Position numbers and translations under genes: made by a program. 64,000 nucleotides of DNA from an uncultured Veillonellaceae bacterium. GTDB taxonomy: Bacteria > Bacillota > Negativicutes > JARBTT01. The first letter of the stretch is position 1. The number at the start of each line of letters is the position of its first letter. The notes below the pieces were generated by a model. That model was given only the letters and a program-made list of their open reading frames with translations, had not been told where the DNA came from and searched no databases. Of the stretch, positions 20,740-30,425 are shown one piece after another. The DNA is taken from positions 736,001-800,000 of the forward strand of contig CAWDTA010000005.1 in the NCBI GenBank assembly GCA_963805085.1. The letters run 5' to 3'.

Positions 20740-21801
20740 ATGATGCGAAAGAATACACGAGCAATAAAAATAGGTGATATTCAAATTGGTGGTGGGGCAC
20801 CAATTGCAGTGCAATCGATGATAAATACCAAAACAGATGACGTGGTAGCGTCAGTTGCACAAATAAATACATTAGCAGCCGCTGGTTGTGATATCGTTCG
20901 TTTGGCAGTTCCTGATATGGAAGCTGCCCAGGCACTCAAACAAATTAAAAATAAAGTAAATGTGCCGCTGATTGCTGATATTCATTTTGATTATCGGTTA
21001 GCATTAGCGGCAATGGAAAGTGGGATTGATGCACTTCGCTTGAATCCCGGCAATATTGGCGATGAAGATCGTGTGAAGACTGTGGTAAAGGAAGCAAAAA
21101 GACGTCACATTCCCATTCGTATTGGTGTGAATGCAGGTTCGTTAGATAAAGTACTACTAGAAAAATATGGCCGACCAACACCAGAAGCAATGGTTGAAAG
21201 TGCGATGCAACATATCGCAATATTAGAAAAACTTGATTTTTATGATACGAAAATATCCTTGAAGGCCCATGATGTACCACTTACCATTGCGGCGTATCAG
21301 TTAATGTCAGAAACGGTTGACTATCCACTGCACCTTGGAATTACAGAAGCAGGTACAGTCAATTCTGGTATTGTCAAATCAGCGGTAGGAATTGGTGCTT
21401 TACTTACCCAGGGGATTGGCGATACGTTTCGTATTTCATTGACAGGTGATCCTGTAGTTGAAGTAAAAGTTGCAAACCAGATTTTAAAATCATTGGGATT
21501 AAAAGAATATGGGCCAACGATTATTTCTTGTCCAACCTGTGGACGGTGTAATATTAACTTAGCGGAGATTGCGCTGCAAGTTGAACATAAACTTAGCACG
21601 ATCCAAAGGCCAATTAGTGTAGCGGTTATGGGGTGCGTAGTGAACGGCCCTGGTGAAGCAAGAGAAGCCGATGTGGGAATCGCCGGCGGAAAAGGCGAGG
21701 GTCTGATTTTTAGAAAAGGTCAGATCATTCGTAAAGTACCAGAAAATAGTTTGGTAGATGAATTATTTTTAGAAATTGATAACATTTTAGAGGAGGACTA
21801 G
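20740..21801 (+). CDS. ispG: 4-hydroxy-3-methylbut-2-en-1-yl diphosphate synthase
   Basis: ADIHFDY, RLNPGN, CPTCGR, MGCVVNGPGE. Confidence 0.98.
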   Translation: MMRKNTRAIKIGDIQIGGGAPIAVQSMINTKTDDVVASVAQINTLAAAGCDIVRLAVPDMEAAQALKQIKNKVNVPLIADIHFDYRLALAAMESGIDALRLNPGNIGDEDRVKTVVKEAKRRHIPIRIGVNAGSLDKVLLEKYGRPTPEAMVESAMQHIAILEKLDFYDTKISLKAHDVPLTIAAYQLMSETVDYPLHLGITEAGTVNSGIVKSAVGIGALLTQGIGDTFRISLTGDPVVEVKVANQILKSLGLKEYGPTIISCPTCGRCNINLAEIALQVEHKLSTIQRPISVAVMGCVVNGPGEAREADVGIAGGKGEGLIFRKGQIIRKVPENSLVDELFLEIDNILEED

Positions 21802-21807
21802 TTTTAT

Positions 21808-23511
21808 ATGCGTACAACACAGTTATATGCACCAACCTTACGTGAAACACCGGCTGATGCAGAAGTAGTAAGTCATCAATTAATGCTAAGAGCGGGTTTA
21901 ATCAGAAAGGCTGCTGGTGGCGTTTATACATATCTACCGCTTGCTTGGCGTGTTCTTAAAAAAATTGAAGCCATTGTTCGTGATGAAATGGATGCCGCCG
22001 GTGGTCAAGAACTGGCAATGCCAATCATACAACCTGCCGAATTATGGCATGAGACTGGGCGTTGGGATGTTTATGGCGATGAAATGTTTCGTCTAAAAGA
22101 TCGTCATGATCGCAGTTTTTGTCTTGGACCAACGCATGAAGAGATGATTACTAGTTTAGTTCGTAGTGACGTTCGTTCGTATCGTCAATTGCCGATTATG
22201 TTATACCAAATCCAAAATAAATATCGTGATGAAATCCGTCCTCGTTTTGGTTTGATGCGCGGTCGGGAATTTATTATGAAGGATTTATATTCTTTTGATA
22301 AGGATGAAGCTGGACTCGATGTAAGTTATCAAAAGATGTACGATGCTTATACGAATATTTTTTCGAGATGCGGTCTTAAGTTCCGTGCTGTAGAAGCGGA
22401 TGGCGGTGCAATCGGTGGCAGCAATACCCATGAATTTATGGTAATTGCTGAATCTGGTGAAGCGGCCATCGTATATTGTGAGGCTTGCGAATATGCAGCA
22501 AATGTTGAAAAAGCTGAATTAAAACCAATTGTAGCAGACCCAGAGACTGAATTGGCATTAGAAATGGTAGAAACACCAGGAACAAAAACAATTGAAGCAG
22601 TTGCTGCGTTTTTAGGTGTAGATATTAAGAAAACGATCAAAGCAGTTGCTTTCCAAACGGAAAAAGAAGAAGTAGTTCTAGCCTTTGTTCGTGGTGATCA
22701 TGAAGTGAATGATATAAAATTACAAAATGCAGTTGGAGCAATTACGCTTACTATGGCCAGTGAAGAATCCATCCGCGCTGTTGGCGGGGTGGCAGGATTT
22801 ATGAGTCCAATTGGTATCAAAGGTGCAAAGATTGTTGTAGATAGTACTGTAATGGAAATGCACAATGCAATTGCTGGTGCGAACCAAGCAGGTAAACATT
22901 ATAAAAATGTAAATCCTAAACGTGATTTTAAAGATGTCATTGTAACAGACATTCGTTTAATCGCAGAAGGTGATCCTTGTCCGCATTGCGGCGCAGCACT
23001 AAAAACAGCGCGTGGTATCGAAGCTGGTCAAGTATTTAAATTGGGAACAAAGTATAGTGAAGCTTTAAAGGCTACGTTCCTTGATGAAAATGGTCGGGAT
23101 AAACCAATGGTAATGGGATGTTATGGTGTTGGTGTCAGTCGTACTATGGCAGCGGCAATTGAACAAAACTTCGACGAACATGGAATCATTTGGCCGGTGG
23201 CACTTGCACCGTACACTGTGGCAATTGTGCCAGTGAATGCAAAAGATGAAGCACAAATGGAAATTGCGGAAAGAATTTATGCAGAGCTTCGTGCTGTTGG
23301 TGTAGAAGCGCTTCTTGATGATCGAAAAGAGCGTGCCGGCGTTAAATTTAAAGACGCTGATTTAATTGGATATCCACTTCGTATTACTGTTGGACCAAAA
23401 ACAGTAAATGAAGATGCAATTGAAGTGAAAGTTAGACGCTCTGGGGAAGCTTTTGTTTATACTCAAGCAGAATATTTAGAAGGTGTAAAACAACTTCTAG
23501 TAAATTTATAA
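21808..23511 (+). CDS. proS: Proline--tRNA ligase (with editing insertion domain)
   Basis: [38 protein letters not shown]. Confidence 0.98.
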   Translation: MRTTQLYAPTLRETPADAEVVSHQLMLRAGLIRKAAGGVYTYLPLAWRVLKKIEAIVRDEMDAAGGQELAMPIIQPAELWHETGRWDVYGDEMFRLKDRHDRSFCLGPTHEEMITSLVRSDVRSYRQLPIMLYQIQNKYRDEIRPRFGLMRGREFIMKDLYSFDKDEAGLDVSYQKMYDAYTNIFSRCGLKFRAVEADGGAIGGSNTHEFMVIAESGEAAIVYCEACEYAANVEKAELKPIVADPETELALEMVETPGTKTIEAVAAFLGVDIKKTIKAVAFQTEKEEVVLAFVRGDHEVNDIKLQNAVGAITLTMASEESIRAVGGVAGFMSPIGIKGAKIVVDSTVMEMHNAIAGANQAGKHYKNVNPKRDFKDVIVTDIRLIAEGDPCPHCGAALKTARGIEAGQVFKLGTKYSEALKATFLDENGRDKPMVMGCYGVGVSRTMAAAIEQNFDEHGIIWPVALAPYTVAIVPVNAKDEAQMEIAERIYAELRAVGVEALLDDRKERAGVKFKDADLIGYPLRITVGPKTVNEDAIEVKVRRSGEAFVYTQAEYLEGVKQLLVNL

Positions 23512-23569
23512 AGTATCAATGTTAGCTTTTTTTAATTAGAAGCTATTCAAATTAGAAGTAAGTAGGTAA

Positions 23570-23611
23570 AAAATAAAGAAGCATACCAATTCTGGTATGC
23601 TTCTTTATTTT
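23570..23611. terminator. Bidirectional terminator between proS and the DUF1858 gene
   Basis: 19-bp perfect stem AAAATAAAGAAGCATACCA-ATTC-TGGTATGCTTCTTTATTTT. Confidence 0.88.
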
Positions 23612-23617
23612 AAAAAG

Positions 23618-23812
23618 TTATTTTGCAGCTTTATTTAGATCTTCAATTAATTTATCAATGTCAATACCATGAGCACCAGCGCCTTGTTCAATGTTTTCAA
23701 AACGAGCGGCAGAGCAACCAAGGCAACCCATACCTGCATTTTGAAATACTTCAACTGTCTGAGGATATTTTTGAACTACTTCAAGAATACCCATTTCTTT
23801 TGTTATATTCAT
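23618..23812 (-). CDS. DUF1858 domain protein (hybrid-cluster-associated redox disulfide domain)
   Basis: ITKEMGILEVVQKYP...GMGCLGC...E.IEQGAGAHGID pattern; GGGGG RBS. Confidence 0.9.
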   Translation of the reverse strand: MNITKEMGILEVVQKYPQTVEVFQNAGMGCLGCSAARFENIEQGAGAHGIDIDKLIEDLNKAAK

Positions 23813-23973
23813 AAGAAAATCCCCCCTGTGATAGTTTGTTTTTTATCAAAAGTCATTATAACATATTTTCTACAGATATATAATAGTTATTCTAAAATAT
23901 GCTGGTATTTTTATACGTATAGAGGTAAAATAATAGGCGTGTATTATTTTATTATAGGAGAGTTTGTCGTATC

Positions 23974-24777
23974 ATGGATATTATTGCGTTTTCAATAGGG
24001 AGCTTAAACTTTTATTGGTATGGTATTATAACGAGTATTGCAATTTTAGTGGGGATGTTAGTTACTCGTGTAGGATTGCATTTCCGTCATGAAAATTTTG
24101 GCGTTATGATTGATCTGTTGTTATTGGGTATACCAGTAGCGATTATTGCTTCTCGGCTTTTTTACGTTTGTTTACATTGGCAGCTTTATAGTGGGAAAGT
24201 CAATGAAATAATAGCTTTAAACCGTGGGGGATTTTCGATTTATGGCGCTTTTGTCGGTGTTCTTTTTTTGCTATATTGCTATACAAAGTTTAAGGGGATT
24301 TCTTTTTGGTATTGGCTTGATATTTTAGTTCCAGCTATTATATTAGGGATTGCCATTGATCAGCTAGGACATTTTAGTTTTCAAACCATTATAGGGATGC
24401 CGGATAATGGAAAAACAGTAGAGTATATTGAGTATGCATTTAGACCAGCTGGGTTTGAACAGTATGAATATTTTAAGCCAGTTGCCTTGTATCAGGCAAT
24501 ATGGCAATTTGTTGTCTTTATCTTAGTGACTGTACTTAGCTTTCTTCAAATAAAACATCGAAATATCTTATTTGGAAATATATTTTTAATTGGGATGAGT
24601 ATGAGCTGTTTGGGAAGATTTCTCTTTGGCTTTTTTTATTTAACGACACAACGAGGAATGCAGCTACATGCAGGTCAATTCATTAGCTTAATGGGATTGA
24701 TTCTTTGTTTGGGTTTATGGAGTAGCAGAAAGTATCTACATAATAAGTCGATGATAAAAAGCATATTTAGGGTATAG
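23974..24777 (+). CDS. lgt: Prolipoprotein diacylglyceryl transferase (Lgt)-family protein with a degenerate signature
   Basis: WYG, SRLFYV, GGFSIYG and polytopic TM pattern; the GRxGNF motif is replaced by DQLGHF. Confidence 0.72.
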   Translation: MDIIAFSIGSLNFYWYGIITSIAILVGMLVTRVGLHFRHENFGVMIDLLLLGIPVAIIASRLFYVCLHWQLYSGKVNEIIALNRGGFSIYGAFVGVLFLLYCYTKFKGISFWYWLDILVPAIILGIAIDQLGHFSFQTIIGMPDNGKTVEYIEYAFRPAGFEQYEYFKPVALYQAIWQFVVFILVTVLSFLQIKHRNILFGNIFLIGMSMSCLGRFLFGFFYLTTQRGMQLHAGQFISLMGLILCLGLWSSRKYLHNKSMIKSIFRV

Positions 24778-24801
24778 GTCAGATAAAAGGAGCAATTTAA
24801 T

Positions 24802-25614
24802 ATGAAATCGAATCATGCATATAAATATATCTTAATAGCAATCCTAATAGTTATGTTACCAATGGTACTGTCGGCCCCAAAAGCAATGGATGCGAAACAC
24901 ATGCAGCGACATGAAAATGATACGAAAATCGTTGTTTTGAACTATCATAAAATTGATGAGATGAATATAGCACTTTCTGTTTATCCCAAAGATTTTGATG
25001 AACAAATGGCATATTTAAAAGAAGAAGGATACTCTACCATTAGTCCGAAAGAAATGATTGATAACTTGGAAAATGGCGTACCTTTGCCAGAAAAACCTGT
25101 GATTATTACATTTGATGATGGCTACTTAGACAATTATACGAATGCGTACCCAATTTTAAAAAAATATGGCTTTACAGCTACAATTTTTGTTATAACTGAC
25201 TTCATTGGTACAGATCCAAGGTTTATGAATTGGGATCAGGTACGAGAATTGTCAAAAGAAGGCTTTACCATTGGTTCACATACGATGCAACATAAATCTT
25301 TAATAGATTTAAAGGAAAAAGATATAAGAGCAGAGTTGATTGGATCTAATAAAGCGTTAGAATACCAACTAGGTAAAAAAGCAGAATTTTTTGCCTACCC
25401 GACGGGTACTTATAATTTGCGTATTGCACAAATCGTTAAAGAGTGTGGATATAAGGCAGCATTTACGATAAAATATGGCAATGTTGATCAGGCAAGTAAT
25501 ATATATGCTCTAGAACGAGTGCCAATTTTTCACACGGAGCAAACTTTTAAGAACTTTTGCCAAAGGTTGCAATATACTCCATTACTAGAGCGTTTAGGCT
25601 GGATTAAAATTTAA
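24802..25614 (+). CDS. Polysaccharide deacetylase (CE4, IcaB/PgaB-like), exported or membrane-anchored
   Basis: N-terminal hydrophobic segment; LNYH, TFDDGY, GSHTMQH and FAYP motifs. Confidence 0.92.
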   Translation: MKSNHAYKYILIAILIVMLPMVLSAPKAMDAKHMQRHENDTKIVVLNYHKIDEMNIALSVYPKDFDEQMAYLKEEGYSTISPKEMIDNLENGVPLPEKPVIITFDDGYLDNYTNAYPILKKYGFTATIFVITDFIGTDPRFMNWDQVRELSKEGFTIGSHTMQHKSLIDLKEKDIRAELIGSNKALEYQLGKKAEFFAYPTGTYNLRIAQIVKECGYKAAFTIKYGNVDQASNIYALERVPIFHTEQTFKNFCQRLQYTPLLERLGWIKI

Positions 25615-25793
25615 TTTTTAAAAAAAAGTAGGGCTAATGGCTCAATTTATAAAAAAATAAAAAAAACTTCCTAAAAAAAGAGGATTTTGTGAAATAGTAT
25701 AAAATAATAAAAGTATATTTATTTATGTAAATTTCGATAGATATACTTCTATTATAAATGTAGTAATTGGTTGAATTGAGAGGAATGTTATTT

Positions 25794-26726
25794 TTGAAAT
25801 TTCATCATATAAGTGTTTTAATGGAAGAAACCATCAATGCATTGGTGAGGAATATAGATGGTATCTATGTGGATTGTACTTTAGGCGGGAGTGGACATGC
25901 TAGGCGTGTGATTGATCGCTTAAGTACGAATGGTCGATTTATTGGAATTGATCAAGATCCTACGGCGATTGCTGTGGGGAAAGAAAGACTTGCCGGTGCA
26001 AAGTGCAAGGTAGACATTATAAATAGTAATTTTAAAGAAATAGAAACTGTGTTAGCGGATTTAGGAGTCGAAAAGGTTGATGGGATATTATTTGATTTAG
26101 GGGTTTCTTCACATCAGCTTGATGTAGCTGAGCGAGGCTTTTCCTACATGCAAGATGCTCCGCTAGATATGAGAATGAATACAGAAGCTCATTTATCAGC
26201 TTTTGAAGTCGTAAATACGTATGATGAAGAAGAACTAACAAATCTTATCTATACTTATGGTGAAGAACGTTGGGCGAAGCGGATCGTTAAGTTTATTATT
26301 GAAGCTAGGGAAAATGCCCCAATCAATACTACCGGTGATTTGGTAGACATCATTAAGAAGGCAATACCGGTAGCAGCACGAAAAGAAGGCGGTCATCCTG
26401 CGAAAAGAACTTTTCAAGCGATTCGAATAGAAGTAAACAATGAATTGGGCATATTAAAAGATACCTTTGAGTGTGCAATTAAGCACCTAAATATAGGTGG
26501 GCGACTCTGTATTATTACCTTTCATTCATTAGAGGATCGAATTGCGAAACAAACCTTGCAAGCGATGGCGAAACATTGTATTTGTCCACCGAGATTGCCA
26601 GTTTGTGTATGTAATCATAAAGCGGAAATTAAAGTAATAGGGAAACCAATGGTTGCAACAGTTGATGAATTAGATGAAAATCCACGGGCTCGTAGTGCAA
26701 AGCTAAGAGTGGCAGAAAAGCTATAA
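25794..26726 (+). CDS. rsmH: 16S rRNA (cytosine1402-N4)-methyltransferase RsmH
   Basis: HISVL, DCTLGGSGH, DLGVSS, FQAIRIEVN, NPRARSAKLR; start codon uncertain (25785 or 25794). Confidence 0.97.
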   Translation: MKFHHISVLMEETINALVRNIDGIYVDCTLGGSGHARRVIDRLSTNGRFIGIDQDPTAIAVGKERLAGAKCKVDIINSNFKEIETVLADLGVEKVDGILFDLGVSSHQLDVAERGFSYMQDAPLDMRMNTEAHLSAFEVVNTYDEEELTNLIYTYGEERWAKRIVKFIIEARENAPINTTGDLVDIIKKAIPVAARKEGGHPAKRTFQAIRIEVNNELGILKDTFECAIKHLNIGGRLCIITFHSLEDRIAKQTLQAMAKHCICPPRLPVCVCNHKAEIKVIGKPMVATVDELDENPRARSAKLRVAEKL

Positions 26727-26768
26727 AAGGTTGGAATTTGTTCTAAATTTGTATGGGAGGAAATATAT

Positions 26769-27125
26769 ATGTTAGCGAAAAGAAAACTTGAGTTTGAATT
26801 ATATGAGGAACAACCAACGCAAGAGCCAGTCGTCGTAAGCCTACCAAAAGTTGATAGAAATTTACGTAAGAAATGTTTTATCTTAATCGCTGTATTTGCT
26901 GCGCTGGCTATGTTTACCACAATTAGAAGCGAAGCAATTGTAAGTAGGGGGTATGCTTTGGTTCAAGTAAAAGCACAGTCGGCTAATTTAGAAAGTGAAA
27001 ATGAACGTTTAAAGCTGGAAATTGCAAAATTAAAATCGCCACAACGTATTAAAAATATGGCGATGTCAAACTTAGGTATGATTGTTCCAGAAGAGGTATA
27101 TTTTGCCTCGCAAAGTGGTAATTAA
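26769..27125 (+). CDS. ftsL: Cell division protein FtsL-like
   Basis: Single TM plus coiled coil ending LKSPQRI...LGMIVP; lies between rsmH and the PBP gene. Confidence 0.85.
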   Translation: MLAKRKLEFELYEEQPTQEPVVVSLPKVDRNLRKKCFILIAVFAALAMFTTIRSEAIVSRGYALVQVKAQSANLESENERLKLEIAKLKSPQRIKNMAMSNLGMIVPEEVYFASQSGN

Positions 27126-27149
27126 CAATTATAATTGGGGGAGATATGA

Positions 27150-28829
27150 TTGGCGTCAACATCGCATGTTACCATTCGAAAAAGATTAGCAGTGGTACTT
27201 ATCATTGTCATACTAATTATGGGAGCATTAAGTTGTCGTCTAGGATATCTTCAGCTTTACCAGAGTCATTGGTTGAGTGAAAATGCCATTGATCAACGGA
27301 TTAGAAACATACCTGTTGAAGCAAGGCGCGGAAATATTTATGACAGAAAAGGACAAAAGTTAGCAGTGAGTATTAGCATAGAATCTGTTTATGCAATACC
27401 TGCTGAAATACGTGATGTAGAAACAACAGCAGCCAATCTGGCTGCTATTTTGGATTTAGATAAGAATAAATTGCTAGATAAGCTAAAAAAACGACAGGCT
27501 TTTACATGGATTGCTCGTAAAGTTACAACGGAGCAGGCGGAAGGTATTAGGAAGGTAGATTTAGCTGGGATCGGTTTAACTGAAGAAGGAGAACGGTATT
27601 ATCCACAGGATAATGTCGCAGCACATGTACTTGGTTTTACGGGACTTGATAGCCAGGGACTAGATGGCGTAGAGCTTACCTTTGATCAGTATCTACGTGG
27701 CAACAAAGGTAGTATCGTCATAGAATACGATGCCAAAGGACGTGAAATTCCTTATGCAGTCCACCGTTATCTTGCACCAGAGGTCGGTAATGATGTGTAT
27801 TTAACCTTAGATATTGTCATTCAACAAATTGTAGAGCGTGAGCTAGATAAAGTGATGCAGGAAACGAAAGCGAAGGGCGCATCGATTATTGCAATGGATC
27901 CTTATACGGGTGAAATTCTAGCACTTGCGAACCGTCCCGATTACAATCCCAATCATTTTGCTGAATATGAACCGAAAAATTGGCGTAATGCAGCTATTTC
28001 AAATGCATTTGAGCCAGGGTCAACTTTTAAAATATTAACGACGACAGCTGCTCTTGGCGAAAAAATCGTAAGCTTAAATGAAAGGTTTTTTGATTCTGGT
28101 GCGATCGAGGTACAAGGGCGAACGATTCATTGTTGGAAGCATGGTGGCCATGGTAGTGAAACGTTTAAAGAGGTTGTTGAAAATTCTTGTAATACTGGCT
28201 TTGTAACGGTTGGCCTGCGTCTAGGGGGTGAAAACTTCTATAAGTATTTGCATGCGTTTGGTCTAGGAAAAACGACTGGAATTGATCTACCAGGCGAGGC
28301 AAAGGGCATCCTGATTAAAGAGAGCAAAGTGACGCCAATTAATCTGGCAACGATGGCCATGGGGCAGAGTATCGCAGTAACGCCGATACAGTTGATTGAT
28401 GCCGTTTGCGCCGTTATCAATGGTGGTGAGCATATCAAACCTCAAATCGTCAGAGAAATAAAAAACAAAGATGGTGCTATGGTCAAAAGTTTTGCAAAAG
28501 AGGGGCTAGGGCAGGTGATATCCAATGAGGTATCGGTGGAAGTGAAAGAAGTTTTAGAAAGTGTTGTAGCAAATGGGACGGGGAAGAACGCTGCAATCGA
28601 GGGTTATCGTATTGGTGGAAAGACTGGTACAGCGCAGAAGGTAGGACCGGGTGGCTATATGCCAGGGAAGTATATTGCTTCTTTTATTGGCTTTGCGCCA
28701 GCAGATAAACCACAAATTGTTTTTTTAGTTGCCATTGATGAACCGGAAGGCATTTATTACGGTGGGCAAATTGCTGCTCCTGTGTTTAAAAATGTGATGC
28801 AGGATGTACTTCCCTATATAAAAAATTAA
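27150..28829 (+). CDS. spoVD: Class B penicillin-binding protein (SpoVD/FtsI family), without PASTA domains
   Basis: STFK, SCN and KTGT motifs; N-terminus HVTIRKRL resembles SpoVD. Confidence 0.85.
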   Translation: MASTSHVTIRKRLAVVLIIVILIMGALSCRLGYLQLYQSHWLSENAIDQRIRNIPVEARRGNIYDRKGQKLAVSISIESVYAIPAEIRDVETTAANLAAILDLDKNKLLDKLKKRQAFTWIARKVTTEQAEGIRKVDLAGIGLTEEGERYYPQDNVAAHVLGFTGLDSQGLDGVELTFDQYLRGNKGSIVIEYDAKGREIPYAVHRYLAPEVGNDVYLTLDIVIQQIVERELDKVMQETKAKGASIIAMDPYTGEILALANRPDYNPNHFAEYEPKNWRNAAISNAFEPGSTFKILTTTAALGEKIVSLNERFFDSGAIEVQGRTIHCWKHGGHGSETFKEVVENSCNTGFVTVGLRLGGENFYKYLHAFGLGKTTGIDLPGEAKGILIKESKVTPINLATMAMGQSIAVTPIQLIDAVCAVINGGEHIKPQIVREIKNKDGAMVKSFAKEGLGQVISNEVSVEVKEVLESVVANGTGKNAAIEGYRIGGKTGTAQKVGPGGYMPGKYIASFIGFAPADKPQIVFLVAIDEPEGIYYGGQIAAPVFKNVMQDVLPYIKN

Positions 28830-28937
28830 TTAAAATAAAAAATTATGATAACTAGACTGTAAAAATATACTGTTACGGTTTATAATATATTGTTAATAGG
28901 ATTGGTAATAATAATACATAGTAGGGGGAATCTAAAA

Positions 28938-30425
28938 ATGGAAAAGAAATTAAAACAATTGATAGATTTATTGCCAGAATGTCAAGTGCATGGTAAAGAA
29001 GATAAAATCATTCAAAGTATTGCGCATGATTCACGTAAAGTGGTAGCAAATACGCTGTTCATATGCATGATAGGGGCAACGGTTGACGGTCATAATTATA
29101 TTGAGCAAGCAGTTAAACATGGCGCTGTAGCTGTATTAGTAGAAAAAGATGTTGTTGTGCCAGAAGGTGTTACGGTAATTCGGGTGCAAGATATGAAAGC
29201 TAGTATGCAGTCTATTGTGCCATATTTTTATGACTATCCAGCACAAAAAATGCGGATGATTGGTATCACGGGTACCAATGGGAAAACAACGACAAGTTAT
29301 TTAATTCGTGCTATCTTAAGAAATGCTGGATTTAAAGTTGGCGTCATCGGCACGATTCAAATCATTATTGAAGATCGGGTGCTACCGATTCATAATACGA
29401 CGCCAGATGTGATTGACTTGCAAAGTACTTTAGCTGAGATGGTAAGCAGTGGTATTGACTATGTCGTTATGGAAGTATCTTCACATGCATTAGCACAAGA
29501 GCGCGTGGTTGGTTGTGAATTTGATACAGCAATATTTACAAATGTAACTCAAGATCATTTAGATTATCATAAAACATTTGAGAATTATATCGCGGCAAAA
29601 GCAAGATTATTTACTTCGCTTACGCAAGTGGGTAATATAAAAGCGAACAAGAATGCGGTGATCAATATTGATGATGAAGCAAGTAAAGCAATGCTTGCAA
29701 ATACGAAGTGCAAGGTTCTTACCTATGGCGTACATAATGATTCAGATATCAAAGCAGTAGACATCAATGTATTAGCAAGTGGGGCTAATTTTACAACGAC
29801 AGGTGACTTTGGCTGTATTCCATTGCAACTAAAAATTACTGGCGTATTTAACGTTTATAATGTTATGGGAGCAATTGGTGCGGCGCTTGCTGAACATATT
29901 ACGAAGGAGACAATCAAAGAAACATTAGAATCCTTTACCAGCGTACCAGGACGCTTCGAATTGGTGGATGAAGGGCAAGATTTCAGTGTTATCGTTGATT
30001 ATGCCCATACGCCGGATGGACTTGAAAATATTTTAAAAACAGCTCGTCAAATTGCGGTAAATCGTATCATTACCGTTTTTGGTTGTGGTGGTGATCGTGA
30101 TCGTACAAAACGTCCGATTATGGGGCGGATTGCAACTGAGCTATCAGATGTCATTATCGCAACTTCTGATAATCCTCGCTCAGAAGATCCAGAATCTATT
30201 TTAACGCAAGTCGAAGTTGGGGTACTTGAAGTACTAGGTGATAAACAGCATGAGAAAATCACGGATCGAAAAACAGCAATCTATCGGGCAATTGGGATGG
30301 CTAAAGCTGGTGATATCGTTATTATTGCAGGTAAGGGGCATGAAGATTATCAAATTTTAAAAGATAAAACAATTCATTTTGATGATAAAGAAGTTGCCCG
30401 TGAGGCAATCAGGGGGCTAAAATAA
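28938..30425 (+). CDS. murE: UDP-N-acetylmuramoyl-L-alanyl-D-glutamate--2,6-diaminopimelate ligase
   Basis: GTNGKTT, MEVSSHAL, DYAHTPD, and DNPR (DAP specificity). Confidence 0.97.
   Translation: MEKKLKQLIDLLPECQVHGKEDKIIQSIAHDSRKVVANTLFICMIGATVDGHNYIEQAVKHGAVAVLVEKDVVVPEGVTVIRVQDMKASMQSIVPYFYDYPAQKMRMIGITGTNGKTTTSYLIRAILRNAGFKVGVIGTIQIIIEDRVLPIHNTTPDVIDLQSTLAEMVSSGIDYVVMEVSSHALAQERVVGCEFDTAIFTNVTQDHLDYHKTFENYIAAKARLFTSLTQVGNIKANKNAVINIDDEASKAMLANTKCKVLTYGVHNDSDIKAVDINVLASGANFTTTGDFGCIPLQLKITGVFNVYNVMGAIGAALAEHITKETIKETLESFTSVPGRFELVDEGQDFSVIVDYAHTPDGLENILKTARQIAVNRIITVFGCGGDRDRTKRPIMGRIATELSDVIIATSDNPRSEDPESILTQVEVGVLEVLGDKQHEKITDRKTAIYRAIGMAKAGDIVIIAGKGHEDYQILKDKTIHFDDKEVAREAIRGLK

Noticed and set aside
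21780-21810. Possible T-box leader before proS
   Set aside because: Only 6 bp separate ispG and proS, leaving no room for one
23623-23998. Plus-strand ORFs 23623..23814 and 23669..23998
   Set aside because: They overlap the DUF1858 gene on the opposite strand, which has a clear family motif and RBS
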